Assembly (NCBI GenBank): GCA_963773065.1
Contig: CAVYZN010000032.1
Location: 128,001 to 192,000 of the forward strand
Direction: 5' to 3'
Origin: an uncultured Gammaproteobacteria bacterium
Lineage (GTDB): Bacteria > Pseudomonadota > Gammaproteobacteria > UBA9214
DNA: 64,000 nucleotides
Shown here piece by piece: positions 9,293-20,097 of the stretch (position 1 is the first letter of the stretch; each line of letters opens with the position of its first letter). The position numbers and the translations under genes are program-made. Below the pieces are notes generated by a model. It was not told the DNA's origin and searched no databases. It saw only the letters and a program-made list of their open reading frames with translations.

Positions 9293-10453
9293 TTGAAATC
9301 ACGATACCGGTCGGTGGCATGGTTGCTGGTGGCGGGCGCCCTGGCCGCGGGCTGTGGCAAGCAGGAGAGCGGCACGGCCGCCGGCGAGACGGTCGTCAGG
9401 ATCGGTTCGGTGGCGCCGCTCACCGGTCCGCAGGCCCACCTCGGCAAGGACAATGACAATGGCGCGCGACTGGCGATGGACGATATCAACGCCGCCGGGC
9501 TCACGCTGGGGGGCAAGCAGGCCCGCATCGAACTGATCAGCGAAGACGATCAGGCCGACCCGCGCATCGCGACCATCATCGCGCAGAAATTCGTCGATAA
9601 CGGCGTCGCCGGCGTGATCGGGCATCTCAATTCCGGGGCCACCATACCCGCCTCGAAGATCTACCACGATGCCGGCATACCGCAGATTTCCCCGTCCGCC
9701 ACCGCCATCGCCTATACCGCGCAAGGCTTCGAGACGGCCTTCCGGGTCATGACCAACGACGAGCAACAGGGCAAGGTGCTGGGGCAGTTCGCGGTCAACA
9801 CGCTGGGCGCGAAGCGGATAGCCATCATCGACGATCGCACCGCCTACGGCCAGGGGCTGGCGGATGAATTCGAAAAATCCGCCAGGGCCTCGGGCGCGCA
9901 GATCGTGACGCGGGAATTCACCTCCGACCGTTCCACGGACTTCATGGCGATCCTGACCTCGATCAAGGGCAAGGATCCGCAATTGGTGTTTTACGGCGGC
10001 ATGGACGCGCAGGGCGGGCCGATGGCGAGGCAGATGAAGGAACTGGGGCTCGGCGCGCGGCTGCTGGGCGCCGACGGCATGCAGACCGCCGAGTTCCTCA
10101 AGCTCGCGGGCGCGAATGCGGAAGGGGTGGTGGCCTCATCGCCGGGCTTGTCGCTCTCGGCCATGCCGGAGGGCCAGACGTTCAAGCAAAAATTCAACGC
10201 GCGTTACGGCGAGATCCAGAACTACGCGCCCTATGCCTACGATGCCGTGCAGGTGATGGTCGCGGCGATGCGCCGCGCCGATTCCGCCGATCCGCGGATC
10301 TACCTGCCGGAAATCGCCAGGACCGATTATCAGGGCGTGACCGGCCATATCCGCTTTGACGCCAAGGGCGATGTCGCGGGCGGCTATGTGACACTCTATC
10401 AGGTGAAGAACGGCGCCTGGCAGGTGCTCGAAACCGTCGAGAGCGGGAAGTAG
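9293..10453 (+). CDS. livK: Branched-chain amino acid ABC transporter substrate-binding lipoprotein
   Basis: LAAGC lipobox; EDDQADP, GVIGHLNSG, ISPSAT and YAYDA motifs. Confidence 0.9.
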   Translation: MKSRYRSVAWLLVAGALAAGCGKQESGTAAGETVVRIGSVAPLTGPQAHLGKDNDNGARLAMDDINAAGLTLGGKQARIELISEDDQADPRIATIIAQKFVDNGVAGVIGHLNSGATIPASKIYHDAGIPQISPSATAIAYTAQGFETAFRVMTNDEQQGKVLGQFAVNTLGAKRIAIIDDRTAYGQGLADEFEKSARASGAQIVTREFTSDRSTDFMAILTSIKGKDPQLVFYGGMDAQGGPMARQMKELGLGARLLGADGMQTAEFLKLAGANAEGVVASSPGLSLSAMPEGQTFKQKFNARYGEIQNYAPYAYDAVQVMVAAMRRADSADPRIYLPEIARTDYQGVTGHIRFDAKGDVAGGYVTLYQVKNGAWQVLETVESGK

Positions 10454-10669
10454 CCTATAGCCACGGAAGCACACGGAAGACATCGGACATGATGTTCCAG
10501 CTGACCATCGAATGTCCTAGGATGACTCTGATTGTCCGTGTGCCTTCGACCAGTCGGTCGCAAATGGACGTCATTATAGGAGACTGACACTCCCTTAAGC
10601 AAGCGCCATTACATCCCTCGCCCTGTCTCAGGTAAACTTCCCGCCCTGGCGGTATCGGACAGGTAAGCC

Positions 10670-11599
10670 ATGGAAATCTTCGCGCAGCAGATCATCAACG
10701 GCCTGGTGCTGGGCAGCGTCTACGCGCTGGTCGCGCTCGGCTACACCATGGTGTACGGCATCCTCGAACTCATCAACTTCGCCCACGGCGAGATCACCAT
10801 GATCGGCGCGATGGTGGCCCTGGCGGTGATCGGCGCCCTTGTCGGTGCCGGCGTGGAACTGCCGGGCATCCTCATTGCCGGACTGGGCCTGCTCGCCGCC
10901 ATCCCGGCGTGCATGACGCTCGGTTACTGCATCGAACGCATCGCCTATCGGCCGCTGCGCCGGGCGCCGCGGCTGGCGGCGTTGATCACCGCCATCGGCA
11001 TGTCCATCATCCTGCAGAACGTCGCCATGCTGATCTGGGGACGCCAGTATATTTCCTTTCCGCCGATCCTGCCGCAGGGCCGGCATGTCGTGTTCGGCGC
11101 GACCATCTCCGATGTGCAGATCGTGATATTGACCACCGCGACGGTGCTGATGTTCGCCCTGGTGCTGCTGGTGAGCAAAACCCGGCTCGGCCGCGCCATG
11201 CGCGCCACCGCGCAGGCGCCGCAGATCGCGGGGCTGATGGGCGTGAACGTCGATACGATCATTTCGCTGACCTTCGTCATCGGTTCGGCGCTGGCCGCGG
11301 TGGCGGGCGTGATGGTCAGCGCCTATTATGGCCTGGCGCATTACTACATGGGTTTCCTGCTGGGACTGAAGGCGTTCTCCGCCGCGGTGCTGGGCGGCAT
11401 CGGCAACCTCGCCGGCGCGATGCTCGGCGGTCTGCTGCTCGGCGTGATCGAGAGTCTGGGCGCCGGTTATATCGGCGATCTCACCGGCGGCTTTCTCGGC
11501 AGTCACTATCAGGATGTGTTCGCGTTCTTTGTCCTGATACTGGTGCTGGTGCTGCGGCCATCGGGTCTGCTCGGGGAACGTGTCGCTGAACGCGCCTGA
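10670..11599 (+). CDS. livH: Branched-chain amino acid ABC permease
   Basis: QQIINGLVLGSVYALVALGYTMVYG...NFAHGE. Confidence 0.95.
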   Translation: MEIFAQQIINGLVLGSVYALVALGYTMVYGILELINFAHGEITMIGAMVALAVIGALVGAGVELPGILIAGLGLLAAIPACMTLGYCIERIAYRPLRRAPRLAALITAIGMSIILQNVAMLIWGRQYISFPPILPQGRHVVFGATISDVQIVILTTATVLMFALVLLVSKTRLGRAMRATAQAPQIAGLMGVNVDTIISLTFVIGSALAAVAGVMVSAYYGLAHYYMGFLLGLKAFSAAVLGGIGNLAGAMLGGLLLGVIESLGAGYIGDLTGGFLGSHYQDVFAFFVLILVLVLRPSGLLGERVAERA

Positions 11600-12707
11600 C
11601 GCCCTTTCCAGGACCCGCCGGCGCAACGCCTGGCTGGGCTACCTGCTGTTGTGCCTGCTGCTGGCCGCGCTGCCGTTTATCGCCGATGCCGGACTGGGCC
11701 GCTCCTGGGTGCGCGTGCTGGATTACACGCTGCTCTACATCATGCTCTCCCTCGGCCTTAACATCGTGGTCGGCTACGCCGGCCTGCTCGATCTCGGTTA
11801 CATCGCCTTCTACGCCGTCGGCGCCTATCTCTACGCCCTGCTCGCCTCGCCGCACTTCGGTCTGCATCTGCCGTTCTGGCTGCTGCTGCCTCTGGGCGCC
11901 ATGACGGCCGCGCTGTTCGGCGTATTGCTCGGCACCCCGACCCTGCGGCTGCGCGGCGATTATCTCGCCATCGTCACCCTCGGCTTCGGCGAGATCATCC
12001 GTATCTTTCTCAACAACCTCAACGCGCCGGTCAACATCACCAATGGCCCCCAGGGCGTGAATCTCATCGATCCGATCGCCTTCGGGGGTTTTTCCCTGGG
12101 CAAGACCCACATCCTGTTCGGCGTCACGTTCAGCGCCGCGCATCAATATTACTACCTGTTCCTGCTGCTGGCGCTGGCGGTGATCTTCATTTCACTGCGC
12201 CTGCAGGACTCGCGCATCGGCCGCGCCTGGGTGGCGATACGCGAGGATGAAGTGGCGGCCGAGGCCGTGGGCGTCAACACGCGCAACATCAAACTGCTCG
12301 CCTTCGCCATGGGCGCGACCTTCGGGGGCGTGGCCGGCGGACTGTTTGCCGGCTTTCAGGGTTTCATCAGTCCCGAGAGCTTCAATCTCATGGAGTCGGT
12401 CATGATCCTGTGCATGATCGTATTGGGCGGCATGGGCAGCATCCCGGGCGTGATTTTCGGCGCGGTGCTGCTCACGGTGCTCCCCGAGTCGCTGCGCTAT
12501 ATCGGCGATCTGCAGCGCGCCACGCTGGGACGCATCGTGGTCGACCCTTCCGATCTGCGCATGCTGCTCTTCGGTCTCGCGCTGCTGGCGGTCATGCTCT
12601 ATCGCCCCGCCGGCCTGCTGCCCTCGGGGCTGCGCCGGCGCGAGCTGGCGGCGGAGGACGGCGTCGCCGAGCAGGAACAGGCCTCGGTGTACGATGCCCG
12701 GCGCTAG
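11580..12707 (+). CDS. livM: Branched-chain amino acid ABC permease
   Basis: GLNIVVGYAGLLDLGY, LRLRGDYLAIVTLGFGEI. Confidence 0.95.
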   Translation: MSLNAPDALSRTRRRNAWLGYLLLCLLLAALPFIADAGLGRSWVRVLDYTLLYIMLSLGLNIVVGYAGLLDLGYIAFYAVGAYLYALLASPHFGLHLPFWLLLPLGAMTAALFGVLLGTPTLRLRGDYLAIVTLGFGEIIRIFLNNLNAPVNITNGPQGVNLIDPIAFGGFSLGKTHILFGVTFSAAHQYYYLFLLLALAVIFISLRLQDSRIGRAWVAIREDEVAAEAVGVNTRNIKLLAFAMGATFGGVAGGLFAGFQGFISPESFNLMESVMILCMIVLGGMGSIPGVIFGAVLLTVLPESLRYIGDLQRATLGRIVVDPSDLRMLLFGLALLAVMLYRPAGLLPSGLRRRELAAEDGVAEQEQASVYDARR

Positions 12708-13489
12708 CCCGGCAACCGGCGGACCCTTGCTGTCGGTTGCCGCTGTGGGCAAGCGCTTCGGCGGCATCACCGCGCTGGATGGCGTTACGCTGTCCGTGCA
12801 GCATGGCGAAATCTACGGCCTGATAGGCCCCAACGGCGCCGGCAAGACCACCTTGTTCAATGTGTTCACCGGGCTGTACACGCCGAGCGCCGGCGCCGTC
12901 AGCTTTGCCGGTCATCCGCTGCGCGGCCTGAAACCGCATCAGGTCCTCGGCCTGGGTCTCGCGCGCACCTTCCAGAACATCCGCCTGTTCGCCAACATGA
13001 CCGCGCTTGGAGAATGTCATGGTTGGCCGCCATGCGCGCACCCATGCCGGCGTCTTGGGCGCCATTATCCGCGGTGCGCGCACGCGCGCGGAAGAGGCCG
13101 CGATCAAGGCGCGCGCCGGCGAACTGCTGGATCAGGTCGGCATCCGCGGGCAGCGCCGCACGCTGGCGAAAAATCTTTCCTACGGCGATCAGCGCCGCTT
13201 GGAGATCGCGCGCGCCCTGGCGAGCGAACCGCTGGCGCTGGCGCTGGATGAACCCGCCGCCGGCATGAATTCCGTCGAGCGTCAGGAGCTGACGCGTCTG
13301 ATCCGCCGCCTGCGCGATGAACTCCGGCTCACCATCCTGCTGATCGAACACGATGTGAAACTGGTGATGGGTTTGTGCGACCGTATCGCCGTGCTGGATT
13401 TTGGCGCGAAGATCGCCGAGGGCGCGCCGCGCGACGTGCAGAGCGATCCCCGCGTCATCGCCGCCTATCTCGGGAGCGAACCGGCGTGA
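12694..13489 (+). CDS. livG: Branched-chain amino acid ABC ATPase (one frameshift near 13008)
   Basis: GPNGAGKTT, ARTFQNIRLF, LSYGDQRRLEIARAL. Confidence 0.9.
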
Positions 13490-14199
13490 ACCAGCTGGAG
13501 GTGCGCAATCTGTCGGTCGCCTACGGCAACATACACGCGGTGCGCGAGGTGAGCATGGAATTGCGCGAAGGCGAGCAGGTCTGTCTCATCGGGGCCAACG
13601 GCGCGGGCAAGACCACCTTGCTCAAGGCCATCGCCGGCATGTTGCCGCCCGCGAGAGGCACGGTATATTTCCAGGGCATCGCGCTGACTGGCAAGCCATC
13701 CCATGAAATCGTGAGACTGGGCATCGCCCTGGCGCCGGAGGGCCGCGGCATTTTCGGCCGGCTTACCGTGGCGGAAAATCTCGCCATGGGCGCCTACATA
13801 CGTCGTGATTACGCGTCGATGCGCAGCGACACCCACATGGTGTTCGACCTGTTTCCGCGCCTCGCCGAACGCAAGGCCCAGCCCGCCGGTCTGCTCTCCG
13901 GCGGCGAACAGCAGATGCTCGCCATCGGCCGCGCCTTGATGAGCCGCCCGCGATTGCTGTTGCTGGATGAACCCAGCATGGGGCTCGCCCCGCTGCTGGT
14001 GCAAAAGATCTTCGACACCATCGGCCACATCGCCGCGCGCGGCGTCACCATGATCCTGGTCGAACAGAATGCCCGCCTCGCGCTTAAGGCGTGCAGCCGC
14101 GGTTATGTCATGGAAAGCGGCAAAATCACGCTGAGTGACAGCGCGCGGAATCTGATCGAGAGTCCGAAGGTGCGCCACGCCTATCTCGGCGAGGCCTAG
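13486..14199 (+). CDS. livF: Branched-chain amino acid ABC ATPase
   Basis: GANGAGKTT, LSGGEQQMLAIGRALM, LDEPSMGLAP; GTG start overlaps the livG stop. Confidence 0.93.
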   Translation: MNQLEVRNLSVAYGNIHAVREVSMELREGEQVCLIGANGAGKTTLLKAIAGMLPPARGTVYFQGIALTGKPSHEIVRLGIALAPEGRGIFGRLTVAENLAMGAYIRRDYASMRSDTHMVFDLFPRLAERKAQPAGLLSGGEQQMLAIGRALMSRPRLLLLDEPSMGLAPLLVQKIFDTIGHIAARGVTMILVEQNARLALKACSRGYVMESGKITLSDSARNLIESPKVRHAYLGEA

Positions 14200-14349
14200 C
14201 CCGCCTATCACCGGGCAGGCCCGTTCGAGTGCGCAACGATTTCAGGGCAACGCGTGATGGACTTAAGCATCCAGGGCAGGGCAAGCCGGACGGCATCATC
14301 CAGGCGGCGCCTCGCCATCCCGCCTCTTGGCGTCAACGCTCACCCAGTC

Positions 14350-16167
14350 AGAATGCCGAGAGCGCCGCGCTGCTGGTGGAGGCGCGTGTTCCCCAACAGC
14401 CGGTGCGCCAATGGGTATTGAGCTTTCCGTATTCCTTGCGTTTACTGTTCGCCAGCCGCTCGGGCGTGATGGGTCAGTTGCTGGGCATCGTCTACCATGT
14501 CATCGCCACGCACCTGATCAAGAAAGCCGGGTTTACCCGCAAGACGGCCCGCATCGGCGCGGTGACCTTGATCCAACGCTTCGGTAGCGCGCTGAATCTC
14601 AACATCCACTTGATGTGCATGGACGCACGAATGCCGCGGGCGCAGGGATGCGCAGGAGCGGCCCACATGCTCTTTCTGGATGGCGTCTACATCAATGGTG
14701 TCAATGGAACCTGCCAGCCGGTTTCAGTGGGTCAAGGCGCCGACCAACACCGATCTCACCCGGCTGGCCCTACACCATCGCCCGGCGCGTCGGTCGTTTG
14801 CTGGAACGGCAGGGATTGCTGGAACGCTATATCGACGACACGCGATGTGGACGACAGCTATCTGGCCGGAGAGGCTGTGGATGCGGGGCCGTTGGATCAG
14901 CTACTGGCTCACTCGATGATGTGCAGGGACGCACGAATGCCGCGAAGCGCATGGATGCGAGAGAGCGGCCACGTACCGCATCGCCGTAGGCGCCAGCCAA
15001 GGCCGCAAGGTGTTCGCCTAAAGCGCCTACTGTTGGCACCCTGCAGACCCTGCCCGCGTGCGACCCGGAGGATCAATTTGCGGACACGGTGGGCAAGGTG
15101 GCCGGCTTCTCGCTCCATGCCGAGGTGGCGGCGAGGGCGGATGAACGCCAGAAGCTGGAACGGTTTGGCTGGCACTGTGTCAGGGCGCAGCTTTCAGTGT
15201 AATGGGGCTATCCACCAGCGACGTACTGTCGCTGAACCTGCTCAGCCTCCAGCGGCCAATCCTTCCAGCTGCGATGACGAGGCTACATTGCCAGGCCGGC
15301 GGTATCGGAAAAGCGCCTGTCGCTCACTGCGAATGGTAACGTGCGGTACCAACTCAAGACGCCGTACCGCGAAAGCTTGCCCCGCGAGCGCAGCGAGTGC
15401 TTTGGGCATGGCACGACGCACGCCATCTTTGAGCCGCTGGATTTTGTCGCGCGGCTCGCTGCACTGGTGCCGAAGCCCCGGGTCAACCTGACGCGTTTCC
15501 ATGGCGTGTTTGCGCCGAACAGCCGGCACCGTGCGCGGGTGACGCCGAGCGGGAGGGGCAAGGGAAGCCGGCGTCCCTGGCAGGGGGATTCGGACGACGA
15601 GCAAACGCCCGCCGAACGCCGGGCATCGATGACCTGCACCCAAAGGGCATAAAGGCGCAGCGCCTGAAACGCGTATTTGGTATCGATATCGAGACTTGCC
15701 GGATCTGCGGCGGGTCGGTCAGGATCATGCCCAAAGCACTCGCTACGCTCGCGGGGCAGGCTCTCGCAGGGACGCACGAGGTAGGGCGACGCAGGATGCC
15801 GAAGCCGAGAGGAGCCGGCGGTGATGCCCAAATCACTTCGTGGGGCAGGCTCTCAAGAAGATCCTCAGCCACCTCGATGAGAAAGGCGCCTCGGCGGAAG
15901 CCTCACCGATGCCACCGTGCCGGGCGCCGCCACAGGCGGTCTTGTTCGACTGATACAGGCACCCGGGGGACAACCCGCGTCTGCGAGATCGAGCGACGCG
16001 GCAGGGAGGCGGCCGGTCTGAGGGTCAGAACATGTCCGAAAAGCTCACTGACGTGCGACGGGGATTCAGGCGGAAATCATGTTGAGGGGCAGATCGACGG
16101 CCGCCGGTGACGCTGATGACCGACGGATGGTTACTCGATCTGAGGAAAAGTTGGTTTATATCTTCTA
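14350..16167 (+). mobile_element. IS91/ISCR-family element, 5'-truncated transposase pseudogene with oriIS
   Basis: AESAALLV, PVRQWVLSFP, GAVTLIQRFGSALNLNIH.H, FEPLDFVARLAALVPKPRVNLTRFHGVFAPNS; oriIS-like GAAAAGTTGGTTTATATCTTCTA at 16143-16167; many small insertions. Confidence 0.9.
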
Positions 16168-17640
16168 AAGCGCCGCCGCAATTTCCATAAAGCTGTTCAA
16201 TCCAGCCTCAAGGTTTTCAATGATCTCCCCCGCCAGCTCATCCGGCTCCGGCAGGTTGTCTAGATCGGCCAGGCTTTTATCCTTGAGCCAGAAGATATCC
16301 AGACTGGTTTTATCCCGCGCTATGATTTGCTCGTAGCTGAATTTGCGCCAGCGTCCTTCCGGGTTGCTTTGCTCTCCCCATAGCTCTTTACGCTCATGGC
16401 GATTGAGCGGGTTATAGTAGGCAATGAATTCCTGTAAATCCTCGAAGCGTAGCGGTTTCTTTTTCAGGGTGTTGTGAATGTTGGTGCGGTAGTCGTAGTA
16501 CCAGACTTCCTTTGTCCACGGCTCTTTACTGGCTGCGCGGTTATCGAAGAACAGCACATTCGCCTTTACGCCGTTGGCGTAGAAGATGCCGGTGGGCAAG
16601 CGCAGGATGGTGTGCAGGTCGGTAGTTTCCAGCAACTTCTTGCGCACCGATTCACCCGCGCCGCCTTCAAACAGCACATTGTCCGGCACCACCACCGCCG
16701 CGCGTCCGGTGGTTTTCAGCATGGTGCGGATGTGCTGCACGAAGTTGAGCTGTTTGTTGGAAGTGGTCGCCCAGAAATCCTGCCGGTTGTAGGTCAGGTC
16801 GTCCTTCTCCTGTTCGCCTTCCTCATTGGTGAAACTCATCGCGCTCTTCTTGCCGAACGGCGGATTCGCCAGCACGTAGTCGAAGCGTTTTCCGCTATCG
16901 GCCATCAGCGCATCGTTAGGCGACACCATGCTCTCGCCGTCGATCTCGCCGATATTGTGCAAGAACATATTCATCAAAGCGAGGCGGCGGGTGCCTGCGA
17001 CAATCTCATTGCCGTAAAATGTCTCGTGCTTGAGAAACGCTTTCTGTTTCTTGTCCATCTGATGCGCCGCCACCAGAAAATCATACGCCGCCAAAAAGAA
17101 CCCGCCCGTACCGCAGGCCGGATCGGCAATGGTCTTGCTGGGTTCCGGACGCACGCATTCCACCATTGCTTTAATCAGCGCACGCGGCGTGAAGTATTGC
17201 CCCGCGCCGGATTTCGTATCCTCGGCATTGCGCTCCAGCAAACCTTCGTAGATGTCGCCCTTCACATCCGCGCCCATCGTCACCCATTGCGTTTCATTCA
17301 CCATGTCGATCAGGCGATACAGCTTGGCGGGATCCTGAATCTTGTTCTGCGACTTGGTGAAAATCTGTCCCAGCATCCCCGGCTTGTTGCCCAGCTCGCG
17401 CAGCAGCGTCATGTAGTGCACTTCCAACTCCGCGCCGCGCTTTGGCTTGAGACTTTGCCAGTTGTATTCCGCAGGAATGCCGACCTTGCGGTTGTAAGGC
17501 GGCTGGCTGTATTCATCCGCCATTTTCAGGAAGATCAAATAAGTGAGCTGCTCCAGATAGTCGCCATAGCTCACGCCATCATCTTTAAGGACAGTGCAGA
17601 AACTCCAGACCTTGGAAACGATGGATGCGGTTGCGTTCAT
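16165..17640 (-). CDS. hsdM: Type I restriction-modification N6-adenine methyltransferase
   Basis: GAGQYFTPR, DPACGTGGF and NPPF motifs; intact 491-aa ORF. Confidence 0.95.
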   Translation of the reverse strand: MNATASIVSKVWSFCTVLKDDGVSYGDYLEQLTYLIFLKMADEYSQPPYNRKVGIPAEYNWQSLKPKRGAELEVHYMTLLRELGNKPGMLGQIFTKSQNKIQDPAKLYRLIDMVNETQWVTMGADVKGDIYEGLLERNAEDTKSGAGQYFTPRALIKAMVECVRPEPSKTIADPACGTGGFFLAAYDFLVAAHQMDKKQKAFLKHETFYGNEIVAGTRRLALMNMFLHNIGEIDGESMVSPNDALMADSGKRFDYVLANPPFGKKSAMSFTNEEGEQEKDDLTYNRQDFWATTSNKQLNFVQHIRTMLKTTGRAAVVVPDNVLFEGGAGESVRKKLLETTDLHTILRLPTGIFYANGVKANVLFFDNRAASKEPWTKEVWYYDYRTNIHNTLKKKPLRFEDLQEFIAYYNPLNRHERKELWGEQSNPEGRWRKFSYEQIIARDKTSLDIFWLKDKSLADLDNLPEPDELAGEIIENLEAGLNSFMEIAAAL

Positions 17641-17662
17641 GTATTAACCTCGAAAATAATTT

Positions 17663-17729
17663 GTCATTCCCGTGAAAGCGGGAATCCAGTTTTTTAACTC
17701 ACTGGATGCCGGATCAAGTCCGGCATGAT
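17663..17729. repeat. REP-type hairpin pair GTCATTCCCGTGAAAGCGGGAATCCAG / CTGGATGCCGGATCAAGTCCGGCATGA
   Basis: Two palindromic units in inverted arrangement between fic and hsdM. Confidence 0.75.
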
Positions 17730-17812
17730 GGGTTTCTGCAATCGGTCAGCAGGCTGCTGACCGATTCGGCACTTAACTTATTACCCTCTTTATTACCCTT
17801 ACTAAAGGGTAA

Positions 17813-18859
17813 TTACCCTTTCTTTTTCCAACGTGCCGCAGGCCCACGGCCTTGGCATTCGATGACATTTGCGTTTTGCTGTTCTCTCAAGACCCGCCGC
17901 ACCATGTCTTTGCTCACACCGGGGCATGCCTGCTCCACCTGCGAAACGGTGAATTCACCCACGAATCGGTTGATGGCCGCCAACACCAAATCCGTCTTCG
18001 AGCCACGTGGCGCTCTCACCTCGCCCACGCGCTCGGCAAACTCGCGATATGCCAACTTCAGAATGGACAACACGTAGTTGATGTAAGGCCAAGGATCATG
18101 CTTGCCCTCATGCCATCCCTGCGAACTCTGCTCCAGCGTCTCGTAATAGCGATCCTTATTTTCCTCGATCAATCGCTCAAGGCTGATGTAGCGCCCCACC
18201 TCATTACCCAACTGATAGCACTGAAGTAGCAGCGCCAACCGGGACACACGCCCGTTGCCATCGCGGAAAGGATGAATGCACAGAAAATCCAGATTGAATG
18301 CCGCCATCGCAATGAGCGGATGAATCCAGCGCTCATCCAGGCAATGTTGCCAATCGGCAACCAGATTCGCCATGGCTGCCGGTGTGCCCGCCGCAGGCAC
18401 CGGGCGGAAACGCACCCGCTCGCGCCCATCCGGGTAGCGTTCGATGATGTCGCCGTCTTTCTCCTTGTACTGCCCCGCATCCCAGATTTGCCCGCGCGCC
18501 AGCCGGTGTAGTTCACGTATCGTCGCCTCGCTCACAGGCATGCGCGTAGCGCCTTCGTGGATGAGCTGCAATGCATCGCGATAACCGCGCACCTCTTCTT
18601 CATCGCGATCCCGGAACAAAGGCTTGGCCGCAACCAGCACATCACGCACCCGTGACGGATCGACCGATACCCCTTCAATCCGGTTGGAAGAAACCGCACT
18701 TTCAATCAGCGCATGTTCCCACAATGTCTTGAGCCGCTGCGGCGATTGCTGTGTATAAAGCGCCTGCTTGCCGCGAAACTCGCCAAGATCGGCGAGATAC
18801 CAGGAGGTGCCGGCGGGAATGGAAAAATCTTTTACGGTGAAAAGGCGCAGGGTGTTCAT
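17813..18859 (-). CDS. Fic-domain protein with C-terminal HTH
   Basis: Canonical HPFRDGNGRVSR motif; SSNRIEG inhibitory-like motif; start overlaps the hsdS stop. Confidence 0.92.
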   Translation of the reverse strand: MNTLRLFTVKDFSIPAGTSWYLADLGEFRGKQALYTQQSPQRLKTLWEHALIESAVSSNRIEGVSVDPSRVRDVLVAAKPLFRDRDEEEVRGYRDALQLIHEGATRMPVSEATIRELHRLARGQIWDAGQYKEKDGDIIERYPDGRERVRFRPVPAAGTPAAMANLVADWQHCLDERWIHPLIAMAAFNLDFLCIHPFRDGNGRVSRLALLLQCYQLGNEVGRYISLERLIEENKDRYYETLEQSSQGWHEGKHDPWPYINYVLSILKLAYREFAERVGEVRAPRGSKTDLVLAAINRFVGEFTVSQVEQACPGVSKDMVRRVLREQQNANVIECQGRGPAARWKKKG

Positions 18860-20097
18860 GTTGGCATACCTTCCGTTTCAGAAACACCTTTATTGCGACG
18901 CGATCGCCCCCCTTTAGCAAAGGGGGGTTGGGGGGATTTTGCCCGCTCCGCCTTGATGCGCGCCAGCAGCACCGAGGCAGGTTCATCGTGCGGGTCTTGC
19001 GGCACCAATTGGCCGGAGAAGGCTTTTTTCAGGATGGACTGACGCAGGGCTTCGGCTTGTTGCAGGGATGTGGTGATGGTTTGGTCGAGTTGGTCAGCTA
19101 TCGGAGAAGTTTGCATCGACTGGCATCTTGCAAGACCTCGTCTATTCTTCGGCTATACTGCAAAGAGGGAAAAGCAGATCTGACATCACGTTCTCTTGTG
19201 TTAATGCAGCTGGTCTTTTAACGCCATGTATTTCCTGAACCTCAAGTTTTTCTGAGTAGATGCTGCATTGACTGAGAACATCACAGGATAATGATATCCA
19301 CAAAGTACACGACCGAATAGCCTGACGCAGAAACACGAATCGGCCTGATGTTTGATTATGAGAAGCTTCAATATCTACGAAGCGCAGTCTGGCCACCGAG
19401 CTTTCTCGTGTCACGAATGATCAGCAAGCAATGTTACCTGATCACAACTGGGTGATTCTTCAGTCGACTGCATTCTTATAGCCTCAGTAGCTTATTTTTT
19501 CCTTTGTCTTCATTAAATTCTGGCGAAGGCAACACTCTCAACACTGCAATACCACATGGAACATCGCTATTCCACAAAGTCAGCTACTTTTCAGATTCGA
19601 TCCGAAAGGGCCATCATGAAACATCTGACATACGTATTGCCCGAGCTTCACCCACCTCCACCCCTCCGGCACTTCAGGCAATTCGGCCAGTTCTTCGGCG
19701 GTGAGCGGCGGCAGAGATTTCGGGGCTTTGGGTTTAAAGTCCCCTGCCTCCTTTTCAAAGGGGGATTAGCAAGGTGGCGGCGCTGGGGTCTCCCTTTGTA
19801 AAAGGGGGATCGAGGGGGATCTCTCCCAGTCAGCGAGTTGTTGCTGGTAGCGTTGCGCGCGTTCTTGCTGGATGCGCTTTTGCAAGGCAGCGGCGGTTTC
19901 GAGTTTGTCCTGATTCTCCACGCGCCACTGCGCGGTGAGCTTTCCTTCGAAAGCGTGTTTCAGCAGCGCTTGGCGATACACCTTGAGCTGCGCGCGGGCG
20001 GTCTTCAGGTTTTCGATGCCCTTATCCAGATCGGAAAACAACTCCTCTATTTTGGTGACGATGCGGTGTTGTTCGGGGAGTGGGGGTAAACCGAACT
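18856..20097 (-). pseudogene. hsdS: Type I R-M specificity subunit: TRD1 missing, TRD2 unreadable
   Basis: LPPLPEQHRIVTKIEELFSDLD, YRQALLKHAFEGKLT, PEGWRWVKLG, LRQSILKKAFSGQLVPQDP; many stops in 19140-19600. Confidence 0.85.
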
